Assembly: GCF_000015025.1 (NCBI RefSeq)
Contig: NC_008578.1
Coordinates: 2,400,001-2,432,000 of the forward strand
DNA from: Acidothermus cellulolyticus 11B
Lineage (GTDB): Bacteria; Actinomycetota; Actinomycetes; Acidothermales; Acidothermaceae
Direction: 5' to 3'
DNA: 32,000 bases
Part shown: one piece after another, positions 21,136 through 27,962 of the stretch
How positions within the stretch are numbered: position 1 is the first letter of the stretch
Layout: each line of letters starts with the position of its first letter
Position numbers and translations under genes: made by a program
The notes under the pieces: model-generated
Told to the model about the DNA's origin: nothing
Database searches by the model: none
The model's input: the letters and a program-made list of their open reading frames with translations, nothing else

Positions 21136-21771
21136 ATGAAGGGTCCGCTCGACATCCACTGCTACCTCCTCGATTACGACGTCTCACACGAGATCGTCCG
21201 ACTGAGGCGGCCAGTGGCCCATGCCCAGGAACTCCCCGACGCTCTCGGCGTCCCGGCTGACCGCTGCGTCATCGCCCATCCCTTCAGTGCCGAGCACGCT
21301 GGTCTTACCCGGCTGACCATCCTGCTGGCCCCGGCGAGCACCCGGTTGGAACTGCTGGGTTGCCAAACCGTGCTGGCCCGCCTGCTCCAGGACATGCTCG
21401 ACGTTCCGGTCACCGTCCGGCCCGCGGGCGCAGAGCTTGTCAGCCGGCACACGGACTACGTCGCGAGCCATCTGGCGCCGCTCCTGCTGCCCAACGACGT
21501 CCCGGTCTTCGCCACCCCGTCCCTTGACGCCCTTGGCGCCGTCGTGATCTATACGGCGACAGGTGACAGCGGGACCGCGCTCGCCATCCCGGCCGGGGAT
21601 TTGATCACCTTGGTGGGTGCGCGGATCGCGCCGGTCGAGACCCGGAACCTCATCGTGCTCGAGCCGACAACCCGCCGGTCGGCTGCCCGGCTGCCGGAGC
21701 CGGCACTCCATGCCCGACTGGATCCACGGTCCACCGGGGTTCCCCACCCGCCGCTCACCGCAGCGATCTGA
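21136..21771 (+). CDS. Hypothetical protein, 211 aa, no recognisable motif
   Basis: High G/C at third positions from ATG 21136 onward. GAGG lies 4 nt upstream. Codons 20998-21135 of the track ORF have poor third-position G/C and were excluded. Confidence 0.65.
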   Translation: MKGPLDIHCYLLDYDVSHEIVRLRRPVAHAQELPDALGVPADRCVIAHPFSAEHAGLTRLTILLAPASTRLELLGCQTVLARLLQDMLDVPVTVRPAGAELVSRHTDYVASHLAPLLLPNDVPVFATPSLDALGAVVIYTATGDSGTALAIPAGDLITLVGARIAPVETRNLIVLEPTTRRSAARLPEPALHARLDPRSTGVPHPPLTAAI

Positions 21772-21858
21772 CCAGACTCACCACGCGTCACCCCGGTACC
21801 CGTCGTCCCGGTGTTTTCGGGAACCGGGCCCGCGGCGGCGCGTCGCTACGATCGACCC

Positions 21859-24273
21859 GTGGCGCGGACTGCGGGGACGGCGCGATCCAATCGGCACGTC
21901 GTGCCCTGGTCGCACCGGATCGGCCGGCTGATTGCGCTCGTCATCACTGTGGGCGCAGCGCTGGCGCTGCCGCCGCCTTCGGCTTCCGCCGCCGACACGC
22001 CGGTCGCCCGCCTGACCCTCCAGACGCTCGAGCCCCGCGTCGTCCAGCCGGGTGACACGCTGTCGCTCGCAGGGACGCTGACCAACACCTCCGACGCGAC
22101 GCTGCACGACGTCACCGTCGTCCTCCGGCTCTCGACGAACCGCATCACGACCCGATATGACCTCGCGAAGGATTTCGACCCGTCAACCATCACCGGATCG
22201 ACGATCGCGGCTTCGCGACAGCAGCTTGGCGACCTCGCCGCGGGTTCGACCGTCTCGTGGCGGATCAGCTTACCGGTCGATCGACTCGGCCTTCCACGTG
22301 ATCCGGACCAGTTCGGCGCCTACCCCCTGGCGGTCGAGGCGCACACGGCCGACAATGTCCCAGGCTCGGTGCCGGGCGGGATGACCCGGCTGGCCACCGC
22401 TCTGCTCTGGCTGCCGCCGAACGCGCACTTCGTTCCCACCGAGATCAGTTGGGTCATCCCCCTGGTCGGCGGCATTCATCGCGGAATGGGACAGACCTTC
22501 CTCGATGACCGACTTGCGCAGGACCTGGCACCCACCGGGCGGCTGGGCAGCCTGCTGGCCGCTGCGACACATAGCCGCATTCCCATCACCTACGCGATCG
22601 ATCCCGCTTTGATCGACGATGCCGCCGTCATGGCGGGAACACCGCAAGAACCACCATCCCCCGCAGGATCATCCGGCTCCGCCGGCTCCACGCCGAACCC
22701 GCCCCTGAGCAACCCCAATCCGACATCCGGTGCAGCCGGCGGCGCGGCCCAGAGCCCTTCGGCACCACCAACGGCGTCCGCGACGCCCCACGCGTCCGCG
22801 ACGCCCCACGCGACCGCGCCCCCCTACACCGTTCGCAGCGACCACGGCGTGCGGGCCGGAACAGGAACCGCGGCTGCGGATCAATGGCTGCGGCACCTCC
22901 GGGAGGCACTCGCTGCGCCGGAGGTCGGCGTCTTCGGTCTGCCCTACGCGGATGTCGATCTCACCGCACTTGATCACGCCGGCCTGCCCGACGACATCGC
23001 CGCCGCCCGGTCCGCCGGCCAGATCACGCTCAATGCCCAACTTGGCGGCCTGCTTGCCGGTAATCCCAACGTCATGACCGGTACGGTCTGGCCGGTCGGC
23101 GGATATCTCGACACCCGCACGCTGGACGACATCGCTAACGACCTTGTCGACACTGTCGTCCTCAGCGACGACGCATTGCCGACGCGTGACCCCGATGCGG
23201 TGCCGGGCATCCGGGTCGATCTGCAAACGCCGTCCGGCCGGGTGACCGCACTCCTCGCGGACTCCACACTCACCGGACTGCTCGCCGCGCCCGAGACCGT
23301 GCCCGGCGGTCTGCGAGCCGCGGAGCAGCGTTTCCTTGCTGAGACCATGCTCGTCACCGAACAACGGCCGGGTGTCGGCAGTGCTCTCGTGGTGACACCG
23401 CCGCGGTTCGTCGATCCTCGCGACGGCTTTCTCGGACAGCTCCTCGCGGATACGGCGGTCGTGCCGTGGCTGCGTCCCGTGACGCTCGCCGCCATCGCGC
23501 AACGGCCGCCGGATGAGACACCGCGAGCCGGCCTGCGTTATCCGGACGCCGCCCGCCAGGCGGAATTGCCCGCGAGTGCCCTGGCCCGCGTGCCTATTGC
23601 CCGCGATGAACTGGCGGCGTTCACCGCGATCCTGGGACCGGGCACCGTGGTGCCCATCGTCGATCAAGCGAATCTCGGGATTCTCCGGGCCGAGTCGGCC
23701 AACCTTCGGCCGGAACCGCGAGAGCCGGCCGCCATCCTCAACGACGTCCTCACCGCTGTTCAGCAAGAGACCGCGAAGGTCTACATCAGCAATCCCGGTC
23801 TCATTACGCTGACGAGCCGAACGCAGAAGATTCCGCTCACCGTCGTCAACCAACTGCCCAACCCGGTCACCGTGCGGCTGCGCCTGGCGGCGGTGAACCC
23901 GACGCGGTTGACCGTCGGCCCGATCCCGGAACTCACCGTTCCGGCGAACAGCCGGCAAGATGTTTTGATCGAGGTGACCGCGCGAACGAACGGCCGATTC
24001 CCGGTGTTGGCGCAGCTGCTGACTCCAGACCTGGCGGAGCGCCCGTACGGTACCCCCGTCTCCTTTCAGCTCAACGCCACGGCGTACGGCGCAGTCGCCC
24101 TCACCATCGCCGCCGGAGCCGCCGGCCTGCTCATCGTCTGGTCAGCAATCCGGATCTGGCGTCGGCGGCGCCACGGCCGGCACCGCCGCACGCCGCCGAC
24201 CCCCGCGGCCGGTCCACCAGCCGACGACACCGCCAAGACCTCGGTTCCGGGTACGCCGGGAGAGCTCACGTGA
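21859..24273 (+). CDS. Rv3909-like (DUF6049-type) exported protein with C-terminal membrane anchor
   Basis: N-terminal signal-like segment RIGRLIALVITVGAALALPPPSASA, C-terminal TM segment AVALTIAAGAAGLLIVW and a basic tail. It holds the conserved position upstream of murJ. Start chosen at GTG 21859 (TACGAT 6 nt upstream); 21811 and 21901 are alternatives. Confidence 0.8.
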   Translation: MARTAGTARSNRHVVPWSHRIGRLIALVITVGAALALPPPSASAADTPVARLTLQTLEPRVVQPGDTLSLAGTLTNTSDATLHDVTVVLRLSTNRITTRYDLAKDFDPSTITGSTIAASRQQLGDLAAGSTVSWRISLPVDRLGLPRDPDQFGAYPLAVEAHTADNVPGSVPGGMTRLATALLWLPPNAHFVPTEISWVIPLVGGIHRGMGQTFLDDRLAQDLAPTGRLGSLLAAATHSRIPITYAIDPALIDDAAVMAGTPQEPPSPAGSSGSAGSTPNPPLSNPNPTSGAAGGAAQSPSAPPTASATPHASATPHATAPPYTVRSDHGVRAGTGTAAADQWLRHLREALAAPEVGVFGLPYADVDLTALDHAGLPDDIAAARSAGQITLNAQLGGLLAGNPNVMTGTVWPVGGYLDTRTLDDIANDLVDTVVLSDDALPTRDPDAVPGIRVDLQTPSGRVTALLADSTLTGLLAAPETVPGGLRAAEQRFLAETMLVTEQRPGVGSALVVTPPRFVDPRDGFLGQLLADTAVVPWLRPVTLAAIAQRPPDETPRAGLRYPDAARQAELPASALARVPIARDELAAFTAILGPGTVVPIVDQANLGILRAESANLRPEPREPAAILNDVLTAVQQETAKVYISNPGLITLTSRTQKIPLTVVNQLPNPVTVRLRLAAVNPTRLTVGPIPELTVPANSRQDVLIEVTARTNGRFPVLAQLLTPDLAERPYGTPVSFQLNATAYGAVALTIAAGAAGLLIVWSAIRIWRRRRHGRHRRTPPTPAAGPPADDTAKTSVPGTPGELT
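22774..22827. repeat. 18-bp in-frame tandem repeat (2 perfect copies plus 1 degenerate)
   Basis: GCGTCCGCGACGCCCCAC at 22774-22791 and 22792-22809. The third copy is 14/18 identical. The repeat encodes ASATPH-ASATPH-ATAPPY within a Pro/Ser/Ala linker. Confidence 0.9.
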
Positions 24274-25949
24274 CCGGCCCGCACCGCGCCGCCGGGACCA
24301 TTCGCCCGGGACATGCCGAGCGTTCCGTGGACAGCGGACTGGTCGCCGCAAGCGGGGTCATGGCCCTCGGAACTCTCGCCTCCCGGGTCACCGGCTTTCT
24401 GCGGACCGCGGTGCTCGCCGCGGCGCTCGGCTCACAGCAGCTCGCCGACGCCTACAACGTCCCGAACGCGGCGCCCAATGCGCTGTACGACCTGTTGCTT
24501 GGGGGCGTTCTGACGAGCGTCGTCGTTCCGTTGCTCGTTCGCGCCGCCAAAGAAGATTCGGACAGCGGAGTAGCGTACGCCCAGCGGTTCCTCACTCTTG
24601 TCGCGGTCTTTCTCGGCGCGTGCACGGTATGTGCCGTCCTCGCCGCGCCTTGGATCATCGACGTCTATGCGAACCGGTTGTCCGGGCAGCAGCGCGACCT
24701 GGCAATCGTCTTCGCCCGGTATTTCTTGCCGCAGATTTTCTTCTACGGCCTGAGCGCCACGATCGGAGCCATTCTCAACAGCCGCGGCAAATTCGCCGCT
24801 CCGATGTGGACTCCTGTCATCAACAATGTCGTGCTCATCATTACCGGACTGCTATTTTTGGCGATGAACTCGGGTCACGCCACGGTGAATCTCACCACGG
24901 GGGAACAAGTGCTGCTTGGCGTGGGCACCACCGGGGGTATCGTTGCGCAGACGCTGGCGCTCTGGCCGTCGCTGCGGGCGACGGGATTTCGGTGGCGTCC
25001 GCGGTTCGACTGGTGGGGCATGGGCCTTGCGGAGATCGCTCGGCTCGCCGGGTGGGTCGTCGTCTACGTTGTCGTCAACCAAATTGGTTTTGCCGTCGTC
25101 ACCAATCTGGCGAGCGCTGCAGGCCGGGTCGCCGCTGCACACCACATTTCGCACGGGGACAGCTACGCCGCATACGCGTACGCCTATCAGATTTTTCAAC
25201 TGCCGTACGCCATCGTCGCGGTTTCCGTCATCACCGCACTGCTGCCGCGGATGAGCGCACACGCCGTCGACCGGCGCACCGCGGAGGTCCGGCGCGACCT
25301 TTCCGTCGGGCTCCGGCTCTCCGGCGTCGCCGTCGTCCCCGCGGCAATCGCATTCATCGCACTGGCGCCGGAAATCACCGGAATCATCTTCGCGCACGGC
25401 AACACGTCCGCCGCCGACGCACGCTACATCGGCTGGCTGCTCGTCGCCTTTGCCACCGGACTCGTCCCGTTCTGCCTCTTTCAGCTGTTCACCCGGGTGT
25501 TCTACGCCCTGCGCGACACCCGGACACCGGCGCTCATCAACCTCCTCGCCACCGCCGCCAACATCGCCGCGGACGTCGTGTTATACGTCGTCCTGCCGCC
25601 CGGCAGCCGCGCGATCGGGCTGGCCGCCGGGTTCTCCCTCTCCTACTGGATCGCGTGCGCCCTGCTCGGCCGGGCCGCGAGGGTCCGGCTCGGTGGCGTG
25701 GACGGCCGCCGGGTCACCCGAACCTACGTCCGCCTTGTCGTCGCCGGCACAATCGCCGGCATCGTCGCCTTCAGCCTTGCACGGTTGGTCCACCTCCTGC
25801 TCGGCACCGGCCTGGCACCGGATGTCGTAGCGATCGTCGCCGGCGGGGGCATCGGCGCCGGAATCTTCGGGGCCCTCCTGGTGCGCATGCGGGTGTCGGA
25901 GGCCGGCGAGTTGCTCGCCGCGGTGCGCGCGCGGTTCGGCTCGAGCTGA
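24270..25949 (+). CDS. murJ: Lipid II flippase MurJ/MviN
   Basis: 559 aa, polytopic, with the N-terminal LASRVTGFLRTAVLAAALG motif. GTGA overlap with the preceding stop. Confidence 0.92.
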   Translation: MTGPHRAAGTIRPGHAERSVDSGLVAASGVMALGTLASRVTGFLRTAVLAAALGSQQLADAYNVPNAAPNALYDLLLGGVLTSVVVPLLVRAAKEDSDSGVAYAQRFLTLVAVFLGACTVCAVLAAPWIIDVYANRLSGQQRDLAIVFARYFLPQIFFYGLSATIGAILNSRGKFAAPMWTPVINNVVLIITGLLFLAMNSGHATVNLTTGEQVLLGVGTTGGIVAQTLALWPSLRATGFRWRPRFDWWGMGLAEIARLAGWVVVYVVVNQIGFAVVTNLASAAGRVAAAHHISHGDSYAAYAYAYQIFQLPYAIVAVSVITALLPRMSAHAVDRRTAEVRRDLSVGLRLSGVAVVPAAIAFIALAPEITGIIFAHGNTSAADARYIGWLLVAFATGLVPFCLFQLFTRVFYALRDTRTPALINLLATAANIAADVVLYVVLPPGSRAIGLAAGFSLSYWIACALLGRAARVRLGGVDGRRVTRTYVRLVVAGTIAGIVAFSLARLVHLLLGTGLAPDVVAIVAGGGIGAGIFGALLVRMRVSEAGELLAAVRARFGSS

Positions 25950-25998
25950 TACGGGGGTACGCCGCCCGGAGACGACGCCATCACGCATGCAACGCGCC

Positions 25999-26034
25999 GA
26001 GCCCGAGCCCGACGTCGAGCCCGAGCCCGACGCC
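25999..26034. repeat. 18-bp tandem repeat x2
   Basis: GAGCCCGAGCCCGACGTC followed by GAGCCCGAGCCCGACGCC. Confidence 0.9.
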
Positions 26035-26066
26035 CGCGGAAACGCCCACGACCCACATCCGAGTCG

Positions 26067-26118
26067 CCCGCCGCTGCGTCCCCTCGGGGTTACCCGCCGC
26101 TGCGTCCCGTCGGGGTTA
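26067..26118. repeat. 26-bp tandem repeat x2
   Basis: CCCGCCGCTGCGTCCCCTCGGGGTTA followed by CCCGCCGCTGCGTCCCGTCGGGGTTA, 25/26 identical. Confidence 0.9.
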
Positions 26119-26162
26119 CCGCTCTCAAGCCCGGACCGCCAGGCGCCGACCTCACAGGCGAG

Positions 26163-26603
26163 GTGACAGCGGCGATGACACACAAGGTGCGCTGGGTGAT
26201 CGCCGTCCCCGCCCCCGCCGGCGACCGTGGCGACATCGTGCTGGGTTGGCTCGCCCGTGTCGTCGTTGGGATCGTGGCGGTTGCTCTTGTGTGCTTCGAC
26301 GGCTTCTCCATTGCGATCGCTCACCTCAGTGCCATCGATGACGCCGACAAGGCGGCCATTGCAGCCAGTTCCGCCTGGCAGTCCAGCCACGGCGATACCG
26401 CGGCCGCTGCGCATGCGGCCCAGGTGGTCGCGGCGGAACACGGAGAAACGCTGGTCGCGAACAGCCTTTCCGTCTCGGCGGACGGCACGGCGGACCTGAC
26501 GATTCGCAAAACCGCCACGACGCTGCTGCTGCGCCACCTTGGCCCGCTTCGCACGTGGGCGGTGGTCACCGCTCATGGCGAGGCGAGGTACACCGCGCCA
26601 TGA
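26163..26603 (+). CDS. Small membrane-anchored hypothetical protein (146 aa)
   Basis: One N-terminal hydrophobic helix (LARVVVGIVAVALVCF) followed by an Ala-rich soluble part. The stop overlaps the next start (ATGA). The start is GTG 26163 or ATG 26175. Confidence 0.65.
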   Translation: MTAAMTHKVRWVIAVPAPAGDRGDIVLGWLARVVVGIVAVALVCFDGFSIAIAHLSAIDDADKAAIAASSAWQSSHGDTAAAAHAAQVVAAEHGETLVANSLSVSADGTADLTIRKTATTLLLRHLGPLRTWAVVTAHGEARYTAP

Positions 26604-27724
26604 CGGTCCTTTACGGCCGGCGCGGAAGTGCTGTGCGCCGTCGGCGTCGCATCGTCGGTATGGCGTTCGCGCTGCTCAGCCTGGTCGGTGCGACCGTGAT
26701 TCTCCCGCCCCGGGCGGCGTCTGGTGATCCCCTCGACGACGCCCGCGCCAAAGCAGCCGCCCTCCGTGACACCGTCGCGCGGCTGCAGCTGCAGGCGGAG
26801 CAGGCATCGGAACGGTACGACGCCGCCGAGGCACAGCTCGCGGATCTCGTCGTACGGGAACGCGCCGCGCAACTGCGGGCTGACGCCGCGCGCTCAGCCC
26901 TCGATGCGGCGCAGGCGACTCTTGTCGGCCGGATCCGTGCGCTGTACATGGCCGGCGGGACACTCGGGATGTACGCGACCGTGTTGAGCGGCGGGAACCC
27001 CGCGCAGATCCTCACCGGCCTGCACGACGTCGCGGTGCTCTCCACCGGTGACCGACATGCATTGCAGATCGTCCAGCGCAGCCGCGCTGAGCTGGACGCC
27101 GCCGCCGCCGCAGTGGCGGCACTGGTTCAGCAGCACGCGGACCTGCTCGCCGCCGCAGCCGCCGCCGAGGCGCAGGTGCAGCAAGCACTGGCTGAGCAGC
27201 AGGCGGCGTTGGACGCCGCCACTGCTCAAGTCCGTGCGCTCGAGGCTCAGCTCGAGGCCCAGCTTGAGGCCCAGCGCGCGGCCGAGGCTGCCGCCGCGCT
27301 CGCGGCCGCCCGGCAAGCCGCCTTTCAGGCCGGTTATCGCCCACCGCAGCCGAGCCGCATCGCGCTTGCCGCGATCGCGGCTGCGGAGACGCAGCTCGGC
27401 AAGCCGTACGAGTACGGCGGTTCCGGACCCGACAGCTGGGATTGCTCAGGGCTCACGCAATTTGCGTACCGGCAGGCCGGCGTTTTCCTGCCCCGCACCG
27501 CGGCGGAACAATTTCTCGCCGTCGCCGAGAAGGTTCCGCTCGGTGAGCTCATCCCTGGGGATTTGCTCTTCTGGGCCACCGATCCGACGAATCCGGCCAC
27601 GATTCATCACGTCGCGATTTATCTGGGCGACGGCCGAATGCTTGCCGCGCCGCACACGGGAACCGTCGTCCAAATCCAAGATGTCTACCTCGACGGATAT
27701 TTCGGCGCGGTGCGGCCGGGTTGA
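26600..27724 (+). CDS. Secreted coiled-coil + NlpC/P60 peptidoglycan endopeptidase (RipA/RipC-like)
   Basis: Arg-rich signal peptide and a long Ala/Gln/Glu coiled-coil region that includes (LEAQ)3. C-terminal NlpC/P60 domain with DCSGL Cys, HVAIYLG His and APHTG. Confidence 0.9.
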   Translation: MTVLYGRRGSAVRRRRRIVGMAFALLSLVGATVILPPRAASGDPLDDARAKAAALRDTVARLQLQAEQASERYDAAEAQLADLVVRERAAQLRADAARSALDAAQATLVGRIRALYMAGGTLGMYATVLSGGNPAQILTGLHDVAVLSTGDRHALQIVQRSRAELDAAAAAVAALVQQHADLLAAAAAAEAQVQQALAEQQAALDAATAQVRALEAQLEAQLEAQRAAEAAAALAAARQAAFQAGYRPPQPSRIALAAIAAAETQLGKPYEYGGSGPDSWDCSGLTQFAYRQAGVFLPRTAAEQFLAVAEKVPLGELIPGDLLFWATDPTNPATIHHVAIYLGDGRMLAAPHTGTVVQIQDVYLDGYFGAVRPG

Positions 27725-27759
27725 CGCCGGCGGGATGGAAACACGTTGACCGGCGACCT

Positions 27760-27830
27760 CTTTCCGTTTGAGAACGCCGCTTTCCGTTTGAGAACGGTTT
27801 GAGAACGCCGCTTTCCGTTTGAGAACGCCG
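27760..27830. repeat. Tandem array containing four TTTGAGAACG boxes
   Basis: 20-bp unit CTTTCCGTTTGAGAACGCCG at 27760-27779 and 27811-27830. A truncated unit lies at 27780-27797 and a partial unit at 27798-27810. Boxes start at 27767, 27787, 27798 and 27818. Confidence 0.9.
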
Positions 27831-27962
27831 TTGCTTTTCAGCGCCGGCAGCTGGCGTCAGCTTGATGCCCGCGTCCCTTCCCGCCGCCGGCGGCCGTGCG
27901 TGCGGCCTAGCATGGAGGGCGGCGAAGCGGAACGCACACGATGCGGCGGCGGAGGGCTGGTC

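Noticed and set aside
25947-26060. C-terminal Ser/Pro-rich extension of MurJ (SPSPTSSPSPTP frame) reached by frameshift, or a relic of a linker to a once-fused pseudokinase.
   Set aside because: The frame on either side of the short SP stretch translates to Arg-rich nonsense, and there is no slippery site. The similarity to the PonA tail is low-complexity only.
25950-26162. Possible c-di-AMP (ydaO-type) riboswitch, since such elements often precede actinobacterial NlpC/P60 and Rpf genes.
   Set aside because: I could not find the conserved ydaO core elements as I remember them (AAUC-containing segments, GGGGUGAAUC-like tract, CAGCUNACCUCGU-like 3' part). The spacer is dominated by tandem repeats instead. 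A covariance-model scan would settle this.
27760-27830. CRISPR-like array.
   Set aside because: The units are directly abutting 10-20 bp repeats with no spacers, and no cas genes are present in the window.
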